Source of the DNA: Lytechinus pictus
Lineage: Eukaryota
Direction: 5' to 3'
DNA: 64,000 nucleotides
Assembly: GCF_037042905.1 (NCBI RefSeq)
Contig: NC_087252.1
Coordinates: 18,168,001 to 18,232,000, forward strand
This document shows, piece by piece, positions 13,200 through 26,559 of this stretch. Position 1 is the stretch's first letter. Every line of letters begins with the position of its first letter. Below the pieces are notes generated by a model. That model did no database searches. It was not told where the DNA came from and was given only the letters and a program-made list of their open reading frames with translations. Both the position numbers and the translations under genes were made by a program.

Positions 13200-14800
13200 A
13201 AATATTAAAAAAAACAATCTCTGCAATGATTAGTAAACAAAAAATACATATTGTGAGATGCATTCGCCAAAATGTGAGGACTTGTACTAGTATGTGAATC
13301 TTTTATTTGAAATCTGTCAATTTCTACAGAGATTGCTTAACATAATATTATCTTCATACCTTACTATGCACTTATTATGATATCCATTCAGCCAGATGTG
13401 CAGATATTATGTGGTTTTGTTGTTTGGGGAAAAGAAAAACTATAAATGTCACAATTCATATAGATTGTATAATGGAAGAATATGGAGAAAAAACATTTTG
13501 TAAACAAATCAATTTGAATGAATTGAAGATACAGTGTGTATTTCATCCAACTACATATGAATTTGCACGCGGTTGTATAGCTTGCTCAAATACATCCGAG
13601 TCGGGATCTATCTTTAATGTAAATAGTGACGATTTATGCAGATGTTAAACACAAGACTATTATAAGTTTATAAATCCTTCACTAAATGTGAAATATATAT
13701 AATCCTAAAAAACATCTAATTCAATGTGGAACTTCTGTTTCAGATGTGACAATTACTGCAGATATTGTCATCAAAGCATAAGATTATCATTAGTATATAA
13801 ATCATATCTCACTATATATTATCAGATCCATTCAGCCAAAAGTTGAAAATATTTGGTTGTGTTTTGTTCGAGGAAATTACTAAATAAATTATTTTTGTAA
13901 ACAACCAAATCTGAATAATTTGACAATATATCGTGAGACTCTTAGATGTGAATGTTTACACGCGGTTGCATTTTATTTAAATACATTCGATTCATTATCA
14001 ATCTTTTACTTGGAATGTAACGACTCTGTAGACACTTTTTTTCAATCATAACTAAAAAATAAATATGTCATTTTTGGTATCAAATATATCTAGCTCCAGT
14101 TAAATCTTTTATTTATATGTGATCCGACAATTTCTGCAAAAGTTGTTAAACATTGAACTATCATTAGTATACAAACCATATATACAGTGAGATGCATTTG
14201 CCAAATGTGAAGATATGAGGTAATATTTTATCCAAACATATCTAATTCTATGTGGATCTAATATTTGAAATTTGTCATTTTCTGCAGATATTTTTTATTA
14301 AACATATAAGATTATCATCAGTATACAAATTATATTTCAATATACATTATTAGATTCAATCAACAAAATATGAAAATATGTGGTTGTGTTTTGTTCGAGG
14401 GAAAACAACTACCTGTTAGTCTTTATAGAGCTTCAGTTAAATGCGATAATTTCTAGATTATCTCGAAGGAAAATATTAAATATATTATATTGTCTTTGTA
14501 AACACCACAATTAAATTTCAATTTCAATATATCATGAGATTCATTTAACTAGTTGTGAAAGTGTACGCTAAATCTAGCTCTATGTGAATCTTTTTTTCTT
14601 CATACTGGAGATGCGAAATTTCTGCAGAAATTGTTAAAGAAGTGACTACCATTAGTATACTTCATATTACATCACATATTGTGAGACTCTAATATGAAGA
14701 CATGTGGATGTATTTTGTGGATCTCGTTTTTTTTATTGCTGTAGAACTAGAATGTGAAGGTGCACACGCGGATGTAGTTTATTCACCGTGAGCTGATATC
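13200..14800. repeat. Old diverged AT-rich tandem repeat
   Basis: Recurrent motifs ATCCATTCAGCCA, TTCTGCAGA, ATTAGTATAC and TGTTTTGTTCGAGG. Confidence 0.5.
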
Positions 14801-15094
14801 AATCTTTTACGGGAAAAGTGAACTCTAAATTGGAAGGCTCGAATTGTTACATTTTATTTTATCTTGTTTTTGGCGCCTCAAGTGAAAAATTAGACTAAAT
14901 CGATAAACAAAGGGAAGGGAAATACCAAAAAAAAAAAAATGTTTTATGTAATCAACTTCCTGATTGCTGCAATTCACTATTATGAGTGAGTTTAGGGACA
15001 CCTCATTGCTTTGTCCCCGGATAATATCAACTGTGCCTATGGCGGTTTACTGGACCGTACCTTTATACATGTTTCTTGCTATCTCGGTGGCCAT

Positions 15095-16079
15095 CCCAGA
15101 AGGAAAAACCAGTAAGACCGGTATTTTTTTTCTACTGGTTTCCAGTAGATTTTTACTGGGCCAGTTGATTTTTAACTGGACCAGTAAAAATCAACTGGAG
15201 ACCAGTTCCAACAACTGCATTCCAGTTGAAGCAATTAGTAATACCAGTTAAATTGTTTTTCATCAAGCTGATGCTACTGGTCCAATAAATGGTTTCCAGT
15301 AGATTTTTACTGGTTTCCAGTATATGTTTACTGGACCAGTTGATTTTAAACTGGACCAGTAAAAATCAACTGGAGACCAGTTCAAACAAAGTAGTAATAC
15401 TGTACCAGTTAAATATGTATTCCTCTGATAGAGTCAACTGGTCTAAAGTAATTCATTGTTTGAAATTGAACTGGTCAAGACCAGTAATACCAGTAATTCT
15501 GATGATGCTGATCATGTGGTTTACCTCATTTGCATATTTCCTGTTTTTAAAAGAAAAATCAGGATTTAGAATGGAATATCCTTGCAATGGCACTCATTGT
15601 TGTTTAAAAACTTTCTAAATAAGTGTGTGAACTAATTCACAATGAAAATGTGTAATTTCATACATCACATTTAAAATAACAGCTGAAAGATTAATTTACT
15701 AACCATTTTTTCCATCACATTTCACTGACCATGGTATATAACAAACCAAATGCATGTAATAAATTGATCCAGTAAGACCAGTACGAGGACCTGTTCGACC
15801 AGTTCGAGGACCAGTCAGACCAGTAAAAAAATACCAGTAAAGACCAGCTGAAATTGGAAACCAGTACGAAGACCAGTGAGACCAGTAACAGCCACCAGAA
15901 ACAAGACCAGTATAAAATTCCAGTAGTTCAAGACCAGTTAATTCTTAACTGGACCAGTAAAATTTTAACTGGACCAGTATGACTAGTTAGACCAGTAAAC
16001 CGATGTTCCAATTTCCAGAGTTACCAGTTAAAATTATACTGGTCTAACTGGTCCAGTGGAACTGGTTTTTCCTTCTGGG
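15095..16079. mobile_element. Non-autonomous EnSpm/CACTA-group element
   Basis: Perfect TIR CCCAGAAGGAAAAACCAGT with AT on both flanks (2-bp TSD); dense ACCAGT/ACTGGT subterminal repeats. Confidence 0.85.
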
Positions 16080-16699
16080 ATGTGACGTGACGGGGTGTTC
16101 CATTGTTATTAATCGGTGAATAAACTCATCATGTTGTCCATAGATTACCCGTTACCAGGTCAGGGCAGTTTTTATGATAATCATTTAATCGTCCAGACAT
16201 TTATTGACAATAGTAGCAAATTTATTGGACATTGTGAAATTTTCCCTTTCTTACATCCACCAGCTTTTGCTGAATCAACCTGTATGCAGCCATTATGTGT
16301 ATAGGCCCTATGCAACCATGCATTATGTGATTATACCAGCACGCATGCAGTATATCCATTATAGCACCACCCTTTGGTTTTACATGACATTATGTGCTAA
16401 TTTATCATCCTTTTCACGAACCATCCTTATGTTTTCAGAGGTCATGAACCAATTTTGAGAAACTTGTGTTTAATTTCTAGCTTTTAGAATTTACTTTTTT
16501 TTTTTTTGAATAGCAACACAAGTGATCGATCAAGAAAAATAAAAGATAATAAAATTTTACGAGATATTCAACAATTGACATCACATTAGAAATTAACAAA
16601 TTAAAATTATTCTTTGATTCTGTATTGAATCTGACCTCTGAGTCACTTCGTGATGTCGATGACCAATTATATCAATATATATATATAAATGTATATTTT

Positions 16700-19600
16700 T
16701 ATTCGATAGGATCGAAACCTTTATTTTGTATCTTTATTATTACAGTGCCACTGATACTTCGTGTTTAAAAGGTTCCTTCACATACAAAATCATGGCTGAG
16801 ACACTCAGAAATAAGAGTGTTCATTACATTTCGATTATGAATATTCATTATCAGGTTCCGGTTGTAGGATTTCAATTCTCCAATCATCACCTCCATCATC
16901 ATTGTCATCATTGTCATCATTTTCATCATCATCATCATCATAATCACCAACAGCAAATTCGATTTCACATTCATCCTTTATTAGTTTTTTTAAACTTCAT
17001 CCTCTCTTCATCTCATCACCATTACTACCACCATCTTGCTGTTATGACACAGAAAATTTACACACAAATCACATATCATACCAATAATCTTAAGTTTTTG
17101 GTAATATCAAATTATCCTCCTGAGTAATGACATGGACATTTTTTCTATTTTCAATACAAACAATATATCGTCTGATAATAACTATTACTCAACCGAAGAT
17201 TTTACTTCTAGATTTAGAGACATGGAACATAAATTCAGTTTGCTTCATATTAATGCTCGTAGTTTGAACAAACATTTTGAGTCATTGGAATCATTACTTT
17301 TCACTTTAAACAATTTCAAATTTTCCATTATTGGTGTCACGGAAACATGGCTTCACAATACTTCACCTAACATATTCAGTTTGGAAAACTATAATCTCAT
17401 TAGGCGTGACCGGGAAGATCAAAGAGGAGGAGGTGTAGCATTTTACATCAGTGAACATTTACAATTCAAAGTAAGGAAAGAAATATCATTAAAACAGAGT
17501 GAAACTCTATTCATAGAAATCACGAAGCCAAAAAGCAAAATATAATTATTGGATTGATTTATAGACCCCCTCATGATAAAGTAAATTTATTTTGTGAAGA
17601 CCTTGAAACGTGCCTTCATACTATTAGAAAATAAGAGAAACAAATATATTTAATGGGTGATTTTAACATCAACCTGTTATCCCAAAATAATGAACATGAT
17701 TTATTCCTACTCACAATGCATTAATTTGGCTATTATCCCCATATAGATAAACCGACCAGAATTGATAGCCATTCATCAACACTTATCGACAACATTTTTT
17801 CAAATATATTAAACAGAGATATTAGCAGCGGATTGTTAATATCTGATATATCGGATCATTTGCCGTTTTTTTCATTTTGCGATAATGATATTCCAAAAGA
17901 AAATATACTCAAATCGACAATGTATAGAAAAGAATCTCAAAATAACATTGAATCGTTTAAAAGGGATCTTGCTATTGAAGAATGGTTGGATGTATTTCAT
18001 GAGTCTAATTCAAACATTGCTTACACAAATTTTAACAATAAATTGCAGACATTTTACGAGAAAAATTTTCCTCTGATACTACTGGTCAAATTAAAGAAGG
18101 CAAAAATGCCATGGATTTCTAAAGCAAATTTAAGATCCATACGTACCCGAAATAAAGAACCCTTCTATTCAAAACAAAAATAAATACAAAACTTATAGAA
18201 ATAGACTAACCAATACAATTCGAGCTTCTCGCAAATTATTTTATTCCGAGAAGCTTCACAAAGTCAAATCAAACATGAAAGCAACATGGGAGATTATAAA
18301 TGATTTGATTGGCAAGAAACCCAAAATATTACCCAAAGATAATTTCACAGCTCATGATGTTGCGATAAATTCAGAAGATGTAGCTGATACCTTTAATTCC
18401 TTTTTTGTTAACTTAGGACCCTCATTGGCAAACAAACTTGACAGAACTGATGAAAATTTTGGAAAATTTCTTCCCACACCCATTAACTCTTCTTTATTCT
18501 TTAACCCAACAAATGTTCAGGAATTAATTGAAATAACAAAAAATCTAAAATCAAGCAAATTATTATTATTATTATTATTACTTATTATTTGTACTGCGCT
18601 TTTCCCATTAGGCCCAAAGCGCTTACAATGAATTAATTAAATGTAATATTTTAAAAACTACCAAGTACGAAAGAGATGAGTTTTTAATGACTTTTTGAAA
18701 ATTGCTAATGTTGGAGACTGTCTAATTATTAGTGGCAGGTCGTTCCAGGATTTTGAAGCCGACACTGTAAAAGTTCTGTCACCAGCTAATGTACGAGTTA
18801 ATGAATATGTGAGGCGAAGGTGATCACCGGCCGACCCAAGTGCTCCAGCTGGCGTACACAGACTCAAGCAGTCACTCAAACACTGCGGAGCCTGTCTATC
18901 CAGTGTCTTGCAGACAATCAATAGCAATCTGAACGTAATTCTCTGTTTAAAAGGAAGCCAGTGAAGAGAATTAAAGAGTGGTTGGGAAGGATGATCTCGG
19001 GAAACCTGTAAAATTAATCGTGCTGCCCAATTTTGTAGTCGTTGAATACGAATTAATTGATTAGAGGGAATTGTAGAAAGGAGCCCATTGCAATAATCAA
19101 TACGAGACAGAACCAATGAACGAACAGCATTGTGACAGGCAGACTGGTCAATGAACCTTCTGATTCTAGAAATGTTCCTTAAATAAAAAATGACTGTGCT
19201 ACAGATATGAGAGATATGGTACGACATTGACATGCGGGAATCAAATATGACACCAAGGTTTCTTATTTTTTCTGATGGTCTAAAGAGTGTACCATCAACA
19301 TCAAGTTGAACATTTGGAAGATTGCGCAAGTTATAAGTAGAGGCCGCAACAAAAAAATCAGTTTTTTTGTCATTTAATTTTAGCTTATTCACTATCATCC
19401 ACTGTCTTATATCTGATATACAATTCTGGAGTTTAACCAGTGCATTATTGAGAGCTCCAGGAGTCTTCGGATCAAAAGAAACGTATAGTTGTATGTCGTC
19501 AGCATAAAAATGATAATTGATACAGTGATTTCGGATGATGTCGCCAACTGGAAGAGTGTATATTGAGTAGCCTATGGGTCCGACTATTGACCCCTGAGGT

Positions 19601-21790
19601 AGTCCAAATTCTAGAGTTATGGGATTTGACAATGTGCCATCAATATCAACTTGCGAAGTCCATCCAGACAGGTATGATTGGAACCAGGATAAGACTTTGG
19701 ACCTAACGCCTATTCTATTGAATAACCGAGATATGAAAATGTTATGATCTATTGTATCAAACGCGGCAGATAAATCTAACAGCACCATAAAAACTACATC
19801 ACTAAATCACAGGGAATTGATAGAATTTGTACTTTCCTTCTTAAGCAGATCATACACTATATTGCCTCTCCTTTGCGTCATATTTTTAATCTGTCGATTA
19901 GCACCGGAATATGTCCTGATTCCCTAAAAATTGCAAAGGTAAATCCTGTTTTTAAAAAAGACAATCCGCATGAAATAACAAATTACAGGCCTATTTCTAT
20001 TCTTCCCAGCATTTCCAAAATATTAGAGAAGATTATTTACAATAGACTTTATAAGTTTCTAGAAACTTTTCATTTTCTAAATTCTAACCAATATGGATTC
20101 AGGAAAGGACATTCGACTGATCAGGCGTTAATACAAATATACGATAAAATTACAAATGCAATGGCAAAAAAGAACATATAATAGGCGTATTCATGGACTT
20201 AAGCAAAGCCTTTGACACTCTTGACCACCAGATATTACTTTAAAAACTTGAAAATTTTGGAATTCGCGGAATTACACTATCTTGGTTTAAGAGTTATTTG
20301 TCCAATAGAAAACAATATGTAATTCACAATAATATTCCTTCTGATTTTCAGTTAATACAATGCGGAGTTCCACAAGGATCAATCCTAGGCCCCTTGCTTT
20401 TTTTAATATATATCAATGATTTGACTTCTGTAACACCTTTATTATCATATGTATTATTTGCAGATGACACCAACATTTTTTGTTCACATAATAGCTTAGA
20501 AACTTTAGTAGATATAATTAACTGTGAATTACCAAAACTATCTTTGTGGTTTAAGTGTAATAAGCTTTCACTCAATATAGATAAAACAAACTTTATGTAT
20601 ATTTCAAGCATACACACTCACATGATAACGAATTTCCTTATATAAATATAAACATAGACAATACTCCTCTCAAAAGGAAAAGAGAATCAAAGTTTTTAGG
20701 TGTCACAATAGATGAAAATTTAAATTGGAATGAACATGTTCGTTGTATAACTACTAGTATTTCTAGAAACGTTGGTATACTTTACAAAATGAAAAACATA
20801 ATTCCACATACAACTCTTGTCATACTCTACAATTCATTAATATTGCCTTATATATCATATTGCAACATAGTTTGGGCAACATTTGCAAAAACTAAAATTA
20901 ATACAATATACTTATTACAGAAAAAAGCAATTCGAATCTGTACTGATTCCCAATATTTATCACACACAAATCCATTATTCCATAAACTAAAGACTCTAAC
21001 AGTATTTGACATAAATACTCTTCAAAGTTTACTACTTATGTTTAAGTACGTAAATAACATGCTCCCACCTTCATTCCACAATTTTTATACTCTGAATACA
21101 TCTATTCATTCTTACCCTACCCGTAACTCTTCAAATTTCCATTTAATCAACCCTAAATTGCTTATTGCGCAGAGATCCATAAGACACCATGGTCCAGATT
21201 TGTGGAACTCTCTACCAGAGCCTGTAAAACAATCTTCGTCTCTTCACTCATTTAAGGCAAACGTTAAATCTATGTTATTATCAGAATATTTGAAGTAAAA
21301 TTTATGTGTCGTATCCTTTTTATCGTGAATTTATTCCTCCTTCGATTTAGTCATTACCAATATCTTCATCATGACCACCATCATCTCCATGGCCTTCATC
21401 ATCATCATCATCATCATCATCAACATCACCATATCACCGTCACCCTCAGCTTTATCATCTTCATCTTCATACTATAATATTGCATGAATTCATGTTTCGT
21501 ATTTGAAAATGTATGCCTATTCTGCTTTATAAATGTATTAATTAATTCAATTATAAGTTTGGGATTGTCATTTTTTCAAGCAATCTGCTTTGATGACAAT
21601 CCTTCTCCTGCAAATTGTGAATATCATATAGTTAATCATTTTTTGTCTGAAATTATCTTTTTAATACTCTTTATTTATGATTCATGCCAAACAAGCTAGC
21701 ATATTATGTTTATTATGTTATGAAAAATGTATTATACGAATGTTATGGATGCAGAAGAAAACAATAAATCAAATCAAATCAAATCAAACA
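16700..21790 (+). mobile_element. Disrupted CR1/L2-group LINE (APE endonuclease plus reverse transcriptase; ORF2 remnant 17132-21298)
   Basis: APE motifs HINARSL, GVTETW, GGGVAFY, ISDHLP; RT motifs NYRPISILP, QYGFR, GVPQGSILGP, LFADD; several stops and frameshifts; (CAT)n tracts in the UTRs; (AAATC)n tail. Confidence 0.92.
18561..19803 (-). mobile_element. 5'-truncated L2-like LINE inserted antisense into the host LINE (intact 376-aa RT C-terminal frame, 18658-19788)
   Basis: LDLSAAFDT, GLPQGS, YADD, LHWLP motifs; (TAA)n tail at ~18561-18588; AAAT repeated at 18557-60 and 19804-07; host frame rejoins as LKSSK|SQGID. Confidence 0.92.
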
Positions 21791-22130
21791 AAAATCGAAA
21801 AATCGAAATATCTCATGTTTCGTATTTGAAAATGTATGCCTATTCTGCTTTATAAATGTATTAATTAATTCAATTATAAGTTTGGGATTGTCATTTTTTC
21901 AAGCAATCTGCTTTGATGACAATCCTTCTCCTGCAAATTGTGAATATCATATAGTTAATCATTTTTGTCTGAAATTATCTTTTTAATACTCTTTATTTAT
22001 GATTCATGCCAAACATGCTAGCATATTATGTTTATTATGTTATGAAAAATGTATTATACGAATGTTATGGATGCAGAAGAAAACAATAAATCAAATCAAA
22101 TCAAATCAAATCAAACAAAAATCGAAAATA
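21490..22130 (+). repeat. Tandem duplication (~323 bp) of the LINE 3' UTR including its tail
   Basis: TCATGTTTCGTATTTGAAAATG...(AAATC)n AAACAAAAATCGAAAA occurs twice, starting at ~21490 and ~21813. Confidence 0.9.
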
Positions 22131-22459
22131 TTCATGAATTATGCAAACAAAAAATCTCTTAAAAAACACAATTTTGCTTACCCGTTTCGTATTTCCAGCA
22201 TCAAAACAACTTTTCGAACTCGAAATCATGTTAGCAAAGAATTTTTTTTGATGTTTCATCGATTTGCAATGAGAGAGAAAATAAAACCTGGAAGTCAAAT
22301 CCCGCGAAACTCGATATTTTCAAGATGGCAACTTTTTCGGGGATTGTACTACTAGTCCAGGTTATAACTGAGCAAGGTGCCACTTGGAGAAGGAGAAATT
22401 TTCATATAGTGCCACTAGACCAGTTTCTTACGCTCAATATGAATATATGAGGTAAACAG

Positions 22460-23964
22460 TTGTTGTTGTTGTTGTTGAATATGATGGCGCTCTTCAATCT
22501 CTCCAGATTATACGCGCCAGTCACTTTCGTAAGTAGGACGTCGTCGGCAAAGGCGATCCATACGACGTTAAACCATTGGTGACGATTATATGACATATTA
22601 ATATAGATTAGTCACCCATCCACCTATTATATTAGTAGGTCCTACAAGATTAAACATCTTCGAGGAATAACACTTCAATACAAATAGACAAATTAAATAT
22701 CGCGCGTGCTAAATGATTGTTCGTGAAAAAGGGCACACCAGCTAACCAATCGGCTACTAATTATATATTTATAGAATTTCTTAAAATAAGGACACACACC
22801 TAACTGTAAAAACGGTTAGTGGCATATATAAAACATAGTAGTTCCCGTGTATAATCGGGATTAATTAACAATTGTTTAAGATTCGGGTCATTCATCTTAA
22901 GTTTATTAAACATAATGCGTCTCTCCTTTACATATTTTGAACAAAATAAAACATAATGTTCAATAGTCTCAAATTCTTTGCACACCTCACAGAGGCCGGA
23001 AGACTGCTGTTTAATTTGAAACATATAATAGTTTAATTTGCACTTACCTACTGTGATTTGATGAAGGAGGCATTCCTCTTTCCGAGAAAAACCTTTTCTA
23101 TATGCCTGCTTAAAAACATTATCATGAATAGCATTAAAAAATCTACCATTTCTAGACGCATTCCAATCTGCTTGCCAGACACTTTTATAAAATGTCATGC
23201 GTGAGCATGTGAGTTCATTTATAGTGTTTGGTAAAACGATGTCTACAAAATTTTTCGCGGCTCCTTTCTTGGCAGCTTTATCGACGATCTCATTGCCGTT
23301 AACATCACAATGTGAGGGAATCCATTCAAAATTAATACAGATATCTTTCAAACTGAGTTTATGAATTTTAAATAAAATTTCATTAACAATGGAGCATTTA
23401 ATGAAATATGAATCAATCACATTCAGTGCTGACAAAGAGTCGCAAAAAATTACAACTGAACATGGTTTATCAAAGGAGTCTAACCACTCAAGTGCCATTA
23501 AAATGGCCAGGAGTTCCGCTCTCATGATACTTACATTGGATAACCTGAAATACTTTTTTATTTTATATTGAGGAACATAATATGCTGCCCCCGTTCTAAA
23601 ATTTTCCTGTTTGGATCCATCAGTATATATATGTAAATAACCATTCCACACAATTCCAATTCTTTCTAGAACGATAGCTTTCATCTCGGCCGTTAGCATA
23701 TCTTTTTTTCTAATTATACGATGAGCACAAAACGACACAGGAGGGCGGGACAAACGCCATTCCGGGATTCTTGTTAATAAGTTGTCTTGCTTCTTTACAA
23801 GTACCTCATCACTACAGGCTCGAAGTTTAAAAGGTCTTTCCCCTTCCTTCTATTCGTGTCTGTTCATATGTTCAATGAAAATTTCTCTACTTGGATGGCA
23901 TGAAGTGCTAAACAACAAATAATATCTAAATTTATCATTAAACAGTTTTCTCCGAAGATATATT
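22460..23964 (-). mobile_element. 3' part of an RNase H-encoding LINE (I/Nimb group), ORF 22800-23753
   Basis: RNase H motifs IYTDGSK, AELLAI, FCDSLSAL, WIPSH...GNEIVDKAAK; C-terminal CxxC...H...C knuckle; (CAA)n tail at ~22460. Confidence 0.9.
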
Positions 23965-24325
23965 CAGGCTGTATCCTGAAAATTAACCTGTGAGGGCGCT
24001 TTTTTCAAAATGGCCGCCATATTTTCCGAAAATTTGAATTTTCGTACATAGATTTTGACATAAGCATTCAATTGCCATAAGATTAGTGTCATATGAAAGC
24101 CAAATAAATTCCCTACAATTTAGTACTATTTATAGGGGAAGAGTAGGTCATTTAGCTAAGATTTTAAGTAGAATAATTGATTTTTTTAATTTTTTTCCCA
24201 AAAATTACAAATTTTGCATACACATGATTTTACATAATTCTAAGAAAAATCAATTAATTACCTTGAAATGTTCCTGAAAACTTCATTGATATACTATTAT
24301 CATGTGGATGAAATTCTAACTCTGT

Positions 24326-26394
24326 GACTCTCTAACCCTAATCTACAATAAAAGTTTATCTTCTGGCGAAATACCCGACGACTGGAAAATAGCACGAACA
24401 ACCCCGGTTTATAAAGGCAAGGGTTCCAAGAAAGATACAAATAATTACAGGCCTATTTCTGTTGTTAGCCATGTTGCTAAGATCATCGAAAAAGAGGTTC
24501 AATCCCAACTATTGAAATACTTAAATGAAAATGACATGATCAATGTCGACCAATCAGCCTTTTTACCTAATCACTCTACCTCTACTAGTCTCCACCGCAT
24601 ACTCGATGATTTTTATGAAGCCGTAAATGAAAGTGAAAAAGTAGCTGCTTGCTTCTTAGATATTTCCAAATGCTTTGATTGCATCGATTATGATTTACTG
24701 ATTTATAAATTAGAGAAGTATGGAATACGTAGCAATCAGCTTAAATGGTTTCAGAGTTATATTGCTAATAGAAAGCAAACTGTACAGCATCAAGGTAAAC
24801 GGTCACAGATGAGGAACCTCACAATAGGTATTCCTCAGGGTAGTGCCATTGGCCCCACCCTTTTCCTCATCTTTATTAATGATATTTCGGAATATGTCAC
24901 AAATGGTTCATGCAATATATTCGCTGATGATGTGGTTGTTTATGTTAGTGGAAAAGATAATACTGATGCAAATACAAAATTACAAGCAAACATGGTTGAA
25001 ATCAATAAATGGTATGTTAATAATAGACTTCGAATTAATAAAGATAAAACTAAGGTGATGCTATTAAAATCAAAATCCTTAAACGAACTTAACATTTATA
25101 TTGAAGGGCACAAGATTGAGCAAGTCGATAACATAAAATATCTTGGACTCATGATTGATGATAAGTTGAAATGGAATGCTCACACTAATATTCTATGTAA
25201 ATCTGTCGCATACAAAGTCCATATTCTTGCCAAACTTAGTAAATTTGTTAACTCTAACTTATTGAACATATTGTATAAATCCACAATTCAACCATGCTAT
25301 GATTATGCATGCTCTGTATGGGGTAATTGCCCAGAAGTGTACAAAAAGAAATTGTTGAGAACACAGAAAAGAGCAGCACGAATAGTCACGAAAAACTTTG
25401 ATTATGAGAAATACAATGGAACTAAGTTAATGACGGACTTGTCGTGGCCAAACATTGAACAAAGACGCAACTACTTCCTAGCAACACTTATGTACAAATG
25501 CATTAATGGCACTGCTCCTGGACCATTATGTAATGAAATTGAGATGTATTGTGACCGCCATGGATTTAACACAAGAAACGCCGATTCTTTAAATGTAATA
25601 ATCCCTAAACCTAAGCTAGAATTATTCAAACAATCATTTAAATATGCTGGTGCTAAAATATGGAACGAGCTTCCACCCAGTCTCCAAAATGCAACATCAC
25701 TCGATAATTTTAAATTTAAATACAAGAAATTAATTCTAAAACCCTGATGTGCAATTCATATGTACTACATTACCTGAGAGTTTTAATTGTTAAATGATAG
25801 AATTTGTAACCCAAACCCCAATATGCAGTCTCATGATCATTTTATATACCATTTTGTTCAAATACACTTCGATCCAAACAATCTTTGTAGTAATTTGTTA
25901 CAATTTATTATGTATCATTTTTTTATATTTATAATTCAGTTTGCTTCTTAAATACATGAAACACAATTTTTTATGTATTCTCATACTTTTATGTAAATTA
26001 TACCACTTTTTTAAATTTCTATCTCATATCAGTGTTCAACTTCTGAATACTTTTTATTATCCTGATTTTTATCGATTTTTATATAGTTCTGTAACCATTA
26101 ATTCATATACTTTGTCTCTGAATATTGTACTTTAATTCGCTGTTAAATACTTATATTTAATCACATTTACTTTATTTCTTTGTATAACATTTTGTAAATT
26201 TTATTGTATTGCATTTTATTATTTTAAGCAAATTTTTTTTTTTTAGATATTACTTTGATTTTTATCTCATCTTAAATGTATTATTCTTTATATGTATTTA
26301 TGTTTTTTAATGTCAAGACCATGATGTAAAACAGTTTTTAACTGATCTTGTCATCCTGAATAAATATATTTGAATAAAAATAAATAAATAAAAT
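24326..26394 (+). mobile_element. 5'-truncated CR1/L2-group LINE with intact RT C-terminal frame (24512-25747)
   Basis: NYRPIS, LDISKCFD, GIPQGSAIGP, FADD motifs; (TAAA)n tail; TCTGT on both flanks as a candidate TSD. Confidence 0.92.
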
Positions 26395-26559
26395 TCTGTT
26401 TAGCAAATTTATAAGGTATCAAACTTGACTACTTCAATTTCAGAAATGTTGCTTTTTGTATGCATTTCCATAGATTAATACGTATAACATGTATAATACA
26501 TGTATGTATAATGTATAGTTAAAACTTAAATGCAATTATCTCCGCTAATTAGTCACTTG

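Noticed and set aside
16726..17127. His-rich ORF as a LINE ORF1
   Set aside because: The His run comes from a (CAT)n microsatellite that also appears in the 3' UTR; no ORF1 motifs are visible.
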